A DNA stretch of 31,996 nucleotides from Tubiluchus corallicola. Its lineage: Eukaryota; Animalia; Priapulida. The DNA lies in contig JAQGDQ010000786.1 in NCBI GenBank assembly GCA_030141605.1, forward strand, positions 1-31,996. The letters run 5' to 3'. The notes below the pieces were generated by a model, which saw only the letters and a program-made list of their open reading frames with translations, ran no database searches and was not told where the DNA came from. The translations under genes were made by a program, and so were the position numbers. Position 1 is the first letter of the stretch, and every line of letters begins with the position of its first letter. Below, one piece after another: positions 1 to 10,230 of the stretch.

Positions 1-664
1 AAAAAAACTATGTAATCACTTATGCTGAATGCGAAACTCCTTTCTACAAAACTCCATTTCTTATGATGATTTCCCAAAGTCCCGCGAATATGAGTTGAAT
101 ATAAAAAAACCTCTTCTAATAGGATTTCTGCCATGACTCACCCCGTCTAAACACCCTTCACTTGCTGCTAACTGTGGTCATAGCTTAGTCGATTGTTTTT
201 ACAACTCATTACACCTCGTAACGTAATGCATGTATGTACAGTATCATGGCTAGGCCTGCTGTTGATTTAATCTGTCAACTGTATAGATTTAAAAGCCACC
301 AGTCAAATGACTAATTTCTGAAAATACTTTGGCTTCCCACTCTGATAGCAAATTGCCATTATGTAGTTTAAATCACCTATGTTTGTTACTGCTCCCTGTT
401 TACAGGTATCAAATTATACATGTAATACAAAAGCAGCAAAAAGTCACAAACCCCAGACTCTCTGGCACCACTAACCTGCCTTCTTGCTTGCAGGTTTGCT
501 TCTACTGTACGAAACTGACTGGCAGCAGGTTGTTTGTAATTTGTGCTTGTTTGAAAAGGGTGTTAAACAAACTTAAATTACTTTCACTAATTAAAAGAAA
601 ACCAATGAAGAGGCTGCAGGCATCATATAATTCTTATTTTATATTATAAATCAGTAGGTTAACT

Positions 665-813
665 GAAATGTACGTAATGGACTGTACGAAACTCTCTTAA
701 TACTATGAAATATCTGAGTCCCATTGAAATGTACGTAATGGACTGTACGAAACTCTCTTAATACTATGAAATATCTGAGTCCCGTGAAAATCGTATTACC
801 GGAATTTGACTGT
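665..813. repeat. 61-bp tandem duplication next to a pogo/Tigger-like MITE right end
   Basis: gaaatgtacgtaatggactgtacgaaactctcttaatactatgaaatatctgagtccc occurs at 665 and 726, then ...cgtattaccggaatttgactgTA (reverse complement TA-CAGTC..., a Tigger-like terminus). No clear partner TIR found. Confidence 0.5.
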
Positions 814-1158
814 ATTTGTTATGAGGTGGAACATTAAAAACAATTTTCCCCGGGATGAAAATGTCTTCCGTGGTTTACTTTATTCTTTGTTAAACGTGAA
901 AACATACAATTGCTTACCTTTTCTTAAATGGAAAAAACTGGTTTGGCTAATTTTAATTTCAATTTCAATTAAGATCATATCAAAACAGTTTTCGACCGAG
1001 ATTTAAACTCTTTTGTATTTTTTTAATGTTGGTTCAAAAAATTCGTACATTACCCTCGTATTGAACGCACAGTGAATGGGTTGTCGGTCTGTGCTGAATA
1101 TTACATCGTTTTCTGTAGAGCAGACATGATGTTTTGATTTAAATTTTCTCTTCTGTAG

Positions 1159-1249
1159 GTGTTTCGACTCCTGCGAGGTCGGGTGAAGATTACAATCCAC
1201 ACCACGGCTTGTATTCTGGAGTCTGGGGATACGTTCTTTGTTCCTCCGG
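1159..1249 (+). CDS. CENPC: CENP-C/Mif2 C-terminal cupin domain, penultimate coding exon (gene starts upstream of the window)
   Basis: Acceptor ttttctcttctgtAG at 1157-1158 and donor GTAAGT at 1250. The 91 nt translate to VFRLLRGRVKITIHTTACILESGDTFFVPP(G), matching the CENP-C cupin pattern (VF.V..G.....LH....IL..GD.FYVP.G). Not in the ORF track. Confidence 0.9.
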
Positions 1250-4200
1250 GTAAGTTTATCATAATTGCTTTGTTCCTCCAGGTAAGTCATACTTAATTGC
1301 TTTGTTCCTCCAGGTAAATCATAAATAATTGCTTTGTTCCTCCAGGTAAATCATACACAATTGCTTTGTTCCTCCAGGTCAGTCGTACTTAATTGCTTTG
1401 TTCCTCCAGGTAAGTCGTACTTAATTGCTTTGTTCCTTCAAGTAAGTCGTACTTAATTGCTTTGTTCCTCCGGGTAAGTCATACACAATTGCTTTGTTCC
1501 TCCAGGTAAGTCATACTTAATTGCTTTGTTTATCCAGGTAAATCATACACAATTGCTTTGTTCCTCCAGGTAAGTCATACTTAATTGCTTTGTTCCTCCA
1601 GGTAAATCATACACAATTGCTTTGTTCCTCCAGGTAAGTCATACTTAATTGCTTTGTTCCTTCAAGTAAGTCGTACTTAATTGCTTTGTTCCTCCGGGTA
1701 AGTCATACTTAATTGCTTTGTTCCTCCAGGTAAGTCATACTTAATTGCTTTGTTTATCCAGGTAAATCATAAATAATTGCTTTGTTCCTCCAGGTAAGTC
1801 ATACTTAATTGCTTTGTTCCTCCAGGTAAATCATAAATAATTGCTTTGTTCCTCCGGGTAAGTCATACTTAATTGCTTTGTTCCTTCAGGTAAGTCATAC
1901 TTAATTGCTTTGTTTATCCAGGTAAATCATACACAATTGCTTTGTTCCTCCGGGTAAGTTTATCATAATTACTTTGTTCCTCCAGGTAAGTCGTACTTAA
2001 TTGCTTTGTTCCTCCATGTAAATCATAAATAATTGCTTTGTTCCTCCAGGTAAATCATAAATAATTAATTTGTTTCTGCAGGTAAGTCGTACATAATTGC
2101 TTTCTACTTCCAGGTTGTGCTTAATTGCTTTGTTCCTCCAGGTCAGTCGTACTTAATTGCTTTGTTCCTCCAGGTAAGTCGTACTTAATTGCTTTGTTCC
2201 TTCAAGTAAGTCGTACTTAATTGCTTTGTTCCTCCGGGTAAGTCATACACAATTGCTTTGTTCCTCCAGGTAAGTCATACTTAATTGCTTTGTTTATCCA
2301 GGTAAATCATACACAATTGCTTTGTTCCTCCAGGTAAGTCATACTTAATTGCTTTGTTCCTCCAGGTAAATCATACACAATTGCTTTGTTCCTCCAGGTA
2401 AGTCATACTTAATTGCTTTGTTCCTCCAGGTAAGTCATACTTAATTGCTTTGTTCCTCCGGGTAAGTCATACTTAATTGCTTTGTTCCTCCAGGTAAGTC
2501 ATACTTAATTGCTTTGTTTATCCAGGTAAATCATAAATAATTGCTTTGTTCCTCCGGGTAAGTCATACTTAACCCCCAAAACAACACAACCCCAAAACAC
2601 AACCCCAACAAAAATTGCTTTGTTCCTCCAGTAAATCATAAATAATTGCTTTTTATCCAGGTAAATCATACACAATTGCTTTGTTCCTCCAGGTAAGTCA
2701 TACTTAATTGCTTTGTTTATCCAGGTAAATCATACACAATTGCTTTGTTCCTCCGGGTAAGTCATACTTAATTGCTTTGTTCCTTCAGGTAAGTCGTACT
2801 TAATTGCTTTGTTCCTCCAGGTAAGTCATACTTAATTGCTTTGTTCCTCCAGGTAATCATACTAATTGCTTTGTTCCTCAAGTAAGTCTACTTAATTGCT
2901 TTGTTCCTCCAGGTAAATCATAAATAATTGCTTTGTTCCTCCAGGTAAATCATAAATAATTCTTTGTTCCTCAGTAATCATACAATTGCTTTTTCCTCAG
3001 GTAAGTCATACTTAATTGCTTTGTTCATCCAGGTAAATCATAAACAATTGCTTTGTTCCTACAGGTAAGTCATACTTAATTGCTTTGTTCCTTCAGGTAA
3101 GTCGTACTTAATTGCTTTGTTCCTCCAGGTAAGTCATACTTAATTGCTTGTTCCTCAGGTAAGTCATACTTATGCTTTGTTCCTCCGTAAGTCATACTTA
3201 ATTGCTTTGTTCCTCCAGGTAAGTCATACTTAATTGCTTTGTTTATCCAGGTAAATCATAAATAATTGCTTTGTTCCTCCAGGTAAATCATAAATAATTG
3301 CTTTGTTCCTCCGGGTAAGTCATACTTAATTGCTTTGTTCCTCCAGGTAAGTCATACTTAATTGCTTTGTTTATCCAGGTAAATCATACACAATTGCTTT
3401 GTTCCTCCGGGTAAGTCGTACTTAATTGCTTTGTTCCTTCAGGTAAGTCGTACTTAATTGCTTTGTTCCTCCAGGTAAGTCGTACTTAATTGCTTTGTTC
3501 CTCCAGGTAAATCATAAATAATTGCTTTGTTCCTTCAAGTAAGTCGTACTTAATTGCTTTGTTCCTCCAGGTAAATCATAAATAATTGCTTTGTTCCTCC
3601 AGGTAAATCATAAATAATTAATTTGTTTCTGCAGGTAAGTCATACTTAATTGCTTTCTTCCTCCAGGTAAGTCATACTTAATTGCTTTGTTCCTCCAGGT
3701 AAGTCATACTTAATTGCTTTGTTCCTCCAGGTAAATCATACACAATTGCTTTGTTCCTCCAGGTAAGTCATACTTAATTGCTTTGTTCCTTCAAGTAAGT
3801 CATACTTAATTGCTTTGTTCCTCCGGGTAAGTCATACTTAATTGCTTTGTTCCTCCAGGTAAGTCATACTTAATTGCTTTGTTTATCCAGGTAAATCATA
3901 AATAATTGCTTTGTTCCTCCAGGTAAGTCATACTTAATTGCTTTGTTCCTCCAGGTAAATCATAAATAATTGCTTTGTTCCTCCGGGTAAGTCATACTTA
4001 ATTGCTTTGTTCCTCCAGGTAAGTCATACTTAATTGCTTTGTTTATCCAGGTAAATCATACACAATTGCTTTGTTCCTCCGGGTAAGTCATACTTAATTG
4101 CTTTGTTCCTTCAGGTAAGTCGTACTTAATTGCTTTGTTCCTCCAGGTAAGTCGTACTTAATTGCTTTGTTCCTCCAGGTAAGTCGTACTTAATTGCTTT

Positions 4201-4570
4201 GTTCCTTCAAGTAAGTCGTACTTAATTGCTTTGTTCCTCCAGGTAAATCATAAATAATTGCTTTGTTCCTCCAGGTAAATCATAAATAATTAATTTGTTT
4301 CTGCAGGTAAGTCGTACATAATTGCTTTCTTCCTCCAGGTAAGTTGTGCTTAATTGCTTTGTTCCTCCAGGTAAATCGTAAATAATTGATTAGTTTCTCC
4401 AGGTAAGTCGTACATAATTGCTTTCTACCTCCAGGTTGTGCTTAATTGCTTTGTTCCTCCGGGTAAGTCGTACGTAATTGCTTTGTTTGTACAGGTAAGT
4501 CGTACTTAATTGCTTTGTTCCTCCAGGTAAGTCATGCACAATTGCTTTTTTCTTACAGGTAAGTCATACT
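1237..4570 (+). repeat. 32-bp tandem satellite (about 100 copies) derived from the CENP-C exon/intron junction
   Basis: Consensus TTTGTTCCTCCAG GTAAGTCATACTTAATTGC; period 32 (AATTGC at 1391, 1423, 1455). The first unit overlaps the last 13 coding nt of the exon. Confidence 0.97.
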
Positions 4571-4797
4571 CACAACTTGTGGACCTGAGTTTTGGGATGA
4601 ATAAAAAAATCGACCATTTATTATGAAAAGTTTTTAGTCGTGTTTCAGGTGAAATAAATCTCATTCATCTCATTTGCTTTCATTATTTGCTGCCGAATAA
4701 TTTCTTTTAGGCCAATTTTTATTTTTTGCTTATTACGTACATATGATATTTGTTATAAATATGTATATACATACACAAGTACTTTGTATGCTTTCAG

Positions 4798-4880
4798 GTA
4801 ACATTTACAGTATAGTCAACCTAAGAAATGATGACGCTGAATTCAGTTTTATGCAACTGAAAGGTGGCAACACTACGTGA
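4798..4880 (+). CDS. CENPC: CENP-C C-terminal cupin domain, last coding exon
   Basis: Acceptor atgctttcAG at 4796-4797. Phase-1 join G|GT gives (G)NIYSIVNLRNDDAEFSFMQLKGGNTT* with TGA at 4878-4880, matching the CENP-C terminal pattern GN.Y.I.NLRNE...L.F.Q.K. In frame with exon 1159-1249. Confidence 0.9.
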
Positions 4881-5210
4881 TGACACCAAGCGATGGCAAC
4901 ACTTCGTTATCTTTATCTTATGGCAACCGAATTCTTCGACTTCGAGGAAAATTGTTCCTGTTTTATCTATTCCAAACCACATATGAACTATACGGTTAGC
5001 CTTTAAAGTGCACTGGCTTCATTTGTTTAAATTAGTATAGTATAGATGGTGACACATGTACTGGTAATAGTTATACTGGTACTGGTTATGCGAGGTAGCG
5101 CCATTCATTGAGAAGCAAAAAGACTCACAATTTCTTTAAAATAATGCAGCGGGGACAAGATGTTTTATTTGGACATAAAAGTGTAAATAAGAATTATGTT
5201 ATTTTTATCT

Positions 5211-5216
5211 AATAAA
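5211..5216 (+). promoter_or_regulatory. Candidate polyadenylation signal of CENP-C
   Basis: AATAAA about 330 nt after the stop codon, followed by a GT/T-rich stretch (gggatgtttttg); a second AATAAA lies at 5461. Confidence 0.45.
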
Positions 5217-5769
5217 CCTTGAACATTGGGATGTTTTTGAAATTATCTAGTATATATCTAGTTATTGTAGAATTAAACGAAGTTTCTTAGTTTGATATTT
5301 TTGCAGGATCTTAAAGATGCGATTGTTTCTGCAATCACATCATTAGTAAACAGGACTTACTTATTTCTCTTGCTTATTAGAACTTTTGCAACTGATGTAA
5401 ACCTTTCTTCTTCCAATTTATAGATATGTAATAATTTTTGATAATGATGAAGCTGATAACAATAAAAATAAAATATTGTCCCTACAAAGAAGACAAAAAG
5501 TCATCTGATGTGTTTTCTTTTTGTCTGGTGCATGTGGGTAGTAATACAGGTCTACACACAATATTTTACCAATATGTGAAAATCACAATCACCAGAAGCT
5601 GACTGTAGTTGTCAGTGTGTCAACACCTAAAATTAGTAACAAATAAACAACTTGTTACAGTCATTGTAAGCATCGTTGTTACGTGTGTTAGTATGGCGTC
5701 TGCAGAAGCTTTTAAAATTGTTAAAAAAGTTAGAGCAAGATAAATTAATTGCTGGTATAATTTTATTAA

Positions 5770-6330
5770 ACTGCATTAATGTTTAATGTGCGTGATAAGA
5801 CTGCTTCTGTCAGAGAATGATTTGTTGCACTGGACACAGTTGTAAGGTTTCACTCCAGTGCATTAATGTTTAATGAGCGTGACAAGACTTCTGTCAGAGA
5901 ATGATTTGTTGCACTGGACACAGTTGTAAGGTTTTGCTCCAGTGCATTAATGTTTAACGTGCGTGACAAGATTGCTTCTGTCAGAGAATGATTTATTGCA
6001 CTAGACACAGTTGTAAGGTTTCACTCCAGTATAAATGTTCAGGTGCGTGCGAACACGACTTTGCTGAGAAAATGATTTGCTACATTGGTCGCATCTGTAA
6101 AACTTTACTCTAGCGTGAATGTTCATGTGTGTGCAAAGAGAAGTTTGTCGTGAGAATGACTTATTGCATTCGTCGCATCTGTAAAACTTTACTCTAGAGT
6201 GAATGTTCATCTGTGTGCAAAGAGAACTTTGTCGAGAGAATGACTTATTGCATTCGCCACAACTGTATGCTTTCACTAAGGTATAAATGTTCATGTGTGT
6301 ACGAAGATTAAATCTCTGAGAAAATAAAGG
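5770..6330 (-). pseudogene. Decayed tandem C2H2 zinc-finger array (about 7 fingers)
   Basis: Repeats of Y.C.ECNKSFS....L.TH..IH and TGVKPYNC linkers. In-frame TAG at 6001-6003 where sister fingers have CAG, TAA in each of the last three fingers, loss of the second His in some fingers, and no recognisable N-terminal exon. Confidence 0.75.
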
Positions 6331-7757
6331 ACTCTCCTACTGTAGAATGTTTATGAGCTAGAAAATTTCTTTTGTTGGTCAATTGAGCAATGTAGCGTAT
6401 AGCGGCACTCTAGAGAATTTAGTGCTGGTTAGGTGCAATCAGTGTCAATGATTTTTTGTTTACTAGGAAAGATAAAAATAACAACTGACCCCATGATTAC
6501 TTGCAATCTGAGTATAACAGACTGTGGCTGTTCTAATAGTGTTAGTGTTAGTGTTATTACGCACAAATACTGAATACAAAAACCTCCAATAGCTATTATA
6601 AAATAAAATACAGATAAAGAAGCTAGCGCACCACAGGTAGTTATATCCCCGACTATTACATTATGTGATGCAGAAAAAAATTGTCAAAGTTTAAACGGCA
6701 ATAATATTGAAAGCAAGCACCCTACAAAGTTGAGATTTTACAACGTGATATATAATACAGTGCATTAACGTTTGCCAGCACGCTTATAGTTTTAGTGGTT
6801 TTTAAGTTTCAGCTAAAAAAACTTTCGCATTGCAAAAAATTAAATGCTGTACTAATGTCAGCAGCTAATAACCGTTTGAAGAACAGCTGCGTCAATGCAG
6901 CGTCATTGTATAAAGCTCTCAGTACACAGCAGCAAAACGATTGAGAAGAAGCATACAACATGGTCTTCGCCATATAAAATTGTCCAAAAAGTAGGACTTA
7001 ATATTTTGGAATTGAAGTCTTGAATAATATACTTCTAAAAGTCTATGACGACGTACTACAAGTTTGTGGTGCCTATGGTTAATGCAAATGCTGAGAAGTG
7101 CAACTCGCTAACTGGTGATTGTTTCAGAGGTTATGACAAGGAGAAACAAGCAAAACAAACATGGTGGGTGCGGGCTAAAAACATAGTTAGGTGGGATGGC
7201 ACCATCATGGTAGAAACAGCAGAGGGTGCTAGTGTTCGGAAGTGATTTCTCTGGTATCCGGTGGAAATTTGCTCCACAAACGTATTGCTCTGGGGTAGAA
7301 GAAGTATAAATAAATATTGACTCTTGCTGGTGGCTGAACAAATTTGTTGTTATCTTTGAAGAGAATTCACTCAAAGAGAAAGCGTGGGACGGCCGCACCC
7401 AGCATACGATGCTAAGGAACTAAAGACAAAAATTGCTGACGACAGGGAGCTTAGGACAAAATACCCCGTAAAGAAACAGAAACTGTATATTATCGACTAT
7501 TGGAAGAAACCAATATCTAGTTTGCATTGAAAATGGTTAACACATAAAGCACTTGTTTTAAATTTTAAAAACCAGCAACGCACTGCCCAGCATTTAATTT
7601 TTGACTTATTGATTTTTAGAAAAAATTAAGAAATTGACCTAAAATGTTGGTATTTTTACAAAATCATCTGTAACATTAGCGCAGTGATTTTCAAATGATT
7701 CTGCTTATTTTCTTATAATCGTGATCAAAACTTTGGCACAAGCTGGGGTTTGTCTGC

Positions 7758-8168
7758 TAGGGGACACTGTCTTTCCAACTAAGTTCGAGAATTTTCTGAA
7801 GACACTTGACATCAAATTGTCCGTGTACACATGTGGTCAGTTAACGTATCTCAGTGTTCCTTTGGCATTTTTTAAGCAATAAACGCGAATTAAATCGAAA
7901 ATATATACGTTAGGCTTAATATAAATGGTTACAAATATGCTTAGCAATACATATTTAAAGCGTAAAAAACGTTTATCAAAAGTTTTATTAGTTTATCAAA
8001 AATGTTGCACAGAAACTGCAACTAAATTGTGCTAATTGCATGCCGTTTCAAACATTTCTGACTGAAGTGCTGAATTATTCGAATCTATAATTGTGGCTTC
8101 AAACTAAAAAACGCGTCCGAGTCGAATTCGACCGTTCGAACGCGAACATTCAATACTCACCACCCCTA
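7758..8168. mobile_element. Putative hAT-like MITE (TAGGG...CCCTA termini), same family as 30457-31098
   Basis: Starts TAGGGGACACTGTCT and ends CACCCCTA. The 3' part tgaagtgctgaattatt.gaa.ctataatt is shared with about 30998-31030. No TSD evident. Confidence 0.45.
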
Positions 8169-9263
8169 CTCTTAAGAGCTACTAAGCGATAAACTATTTA
8201 GTGATAAAAATCTAACGCTTTGCCTAAGAGGAAATTACAAAAGACTACAATTACCAGCTATAATACAGCATTTTGCATGGCAGACAGTAAAATCATTATG
8301 TCAAATGCTAAGTTATTTTAATACCTCATTATTTTTGGACGCCTGTAAATAATTGGGTTATAAATTACAATTAAATTAAAAGTATGTAATGAACATTAAG
8401 TACCATAAGCACATAAATTTGTGAAACAGGCAGTACATTTAAATTCACCATCTTTCCAAATGTTTATCATGATTTGAAACATATCATAGCTAGATGCATT
8501 TCACATCGTTTTCTCAGTTTTTTTCACAAAACTGCAGCAGAATACTGGAAAAAGTTGAAACCATGCACATCTGGCCCGTATTTATTTATTACAGTCTCAT
8601 ATTAAAGGCTACGTAGATTCTTTTCATTGTTGCAAGATCTTGCAAACAGCAACAGGTCCTTCATTGTTTAGGATTTTAAATGTTTCTAAGGCAAAAATTC
8701 TTATGTGTCGATTGCACAAAGATACTAAGGTCATGCTCAACAGGGTTTCATAACACGAAGCATAATCACTGTCAATTTCAATTGCTTTTTTGATTTTTAA
8801 GGATATTCGTTACTACCTGACTGCTGAAATGCCATACAAGTGTTTAATTTCATTGTTATTTTGGTAATACGTATAGTCAATAATTATTAATTCTATCAGG
8901 GCCTATCATTGTACGTCATAAATACGTATATACTAGGTCGAAAAAGAGAAAAACGGCCGAAGATTTCCACGATGTTCACAATGTTTTGCATGTCGGTTTG
9001 AGCATTAAATTACTGAACGAAAACGTAAGGTAATAAAATTGGTGTCTGTTCATTAACTCGTAAAATTTATGTTGATAAATTAAATTGTTTCTCATTTGCT
9101 ATGAAAAGCAATCAAAAAAGGATGCTAAAATAAAACGACGATCTAAACATTTATCATGAACGTTGTGTTCTTGATTTGCGAATACTTTATCCAAAGAATA
9201 TCTTTAAGGACTTAAATCGTAACTATCTGTAAAAGGTCCTCTCTCAAATACCTTTTGAAACTG

Positions 9264-9870
9264 TCATAATGAAAGACGATTCCATGGCTGAATTACACGA
9301 TGCCTAAAAAAGTGAGAGCTGTTAAGATGTCCCTTAAATTGCTCAATAATTGTTGTCTCAACTACATTTGCCGGAAGCTTGTTACATGGGTCTACAACCC
9401 TGAATGCATGCTGGCGGTTTGACCAACTGCCCTGGATACGATGTTTGAGTAATTTGTATGAATGACCTCTTGTCTGTCGTTTTTGTAAATGACATCGTGT
9501 AACATCAGCCATGTGTGTTTTTGTCAATACCGTGTAGAAATCTGCATCATCTCCTATCTCATGCGCCCATACTTAAGGGTTGTTACGCCAGTTTCTTGAA
9601 GTCTTTGTGAAGAAGTTAGGTTACTATTCCTGGAATCAGCCTGGTCATTCTTCGTTGAATTTTCTCTACTGTGTGGATAGAGTCCAGTCATGATGGATTT
9701 GACCAGTGAATTATATAATCTCTGAACCATTGTTTTGTCAAGAAATTGAAAATTTTGCTTGATACAAGTTAACCTGTAATGAGCCTTCTGTGCAATGTAA
9801 GCGATATGAGGCCGAAAGTGAAGGCTGCTGTTTACAGTGACTCCAAGGTCTGTTTCCTTATTTGACACTT
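9264..9870 (-). mobile_element. CR1/L2-clade LINE 3' fragment (RT C-terminal region), degenerate
   Basis: Motifs EtDLGVTVNSSLHFRPHI..I.QKA..RL..IK.NF..LDK....LYNSLV, then TRGHSYKL, FRVVDPCNKLP..VV and FF.HRVIQPWN.L, with frameshifts and stops. Confidence 0.85.
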
Positions 9871-9883
9871 AGACATTTAGTTA

Positions 9884-10230
9884 CCAGTAATTATTTTGAA
9901 GCATTTCGCAAGGTCTACAGTCTCAAACCTTTGCTCAAGAGTAGAAATGGAAGAGGGATCCAAGTCAGTAACAAAGACTAGTACCTCTTTCCTGAATTCT
10001 TTCAAAAACATTCATGAGACTAACTTACTGGGGTGACCACACAACCGACAAGTGTTCCAATGTGGGTCGAACAACAGCTTTATAAAGAGAAATAATTACA
10101 GCTGCAGTTTTTATATATTACACAGCGCTTGGTCATGCGAATATGACAGTTCGCTTATGCAGTTATATGGTTCACATGAGAATTCCATTTCGATTCATTG
10201 GAAATCATTAATCTCAAGTTTCTAATATAA
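9884..10230 (-). mobile_element. Second, more decayed CR1/L2-clade LINE RT fragment
   Basis: Minus-strand translations RNLRLMISNESKWNSHVNHITA*AN, IISLYKAVVRPTLEHLSVVWSPQ* and STLEQRFETVDLAKCFKII match LYK.LVRP.LEY...VWSP and TLE.RR...DL...FKI. Confidence 0.75.

Noticed and set aside
329-1006. Short + ORFs and AG acceptors (405, 493) as upstream CENP-C exons
   Set aside because: The frames I read show no cupin-like sequence or phase-compatible donor; the region looks like intron or MITE remnant.
1003-1290. 95-aa minus-strand ORF
   Set aside because: Antisense shadow of the CENP-C exon; it starts inside the satellite and has no recognisable domain.
1237-4570. CRISPR-like array (32-bp repeats)
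   Set aside because: Repeats are head-to-tail with no unique spacers, there are no cas genes, and the context is a eukaryotic intron.
5770-6003. TAA/TAG-to-Gln recoding (ciliate-type code) in the zinc fingers
   Set aside because: SRD5A3 ends in TAG at the expected family C-terminus, so the standard code applies; CAG>TAG decay is enough to explain it.
7045-7420. Possible THAP-domain remnant (YVCGANFH...DGAIP)
   Set aside because: The invariant Cys/Trp/His spacing could not be recovered; similarity is too weak without a profile search.
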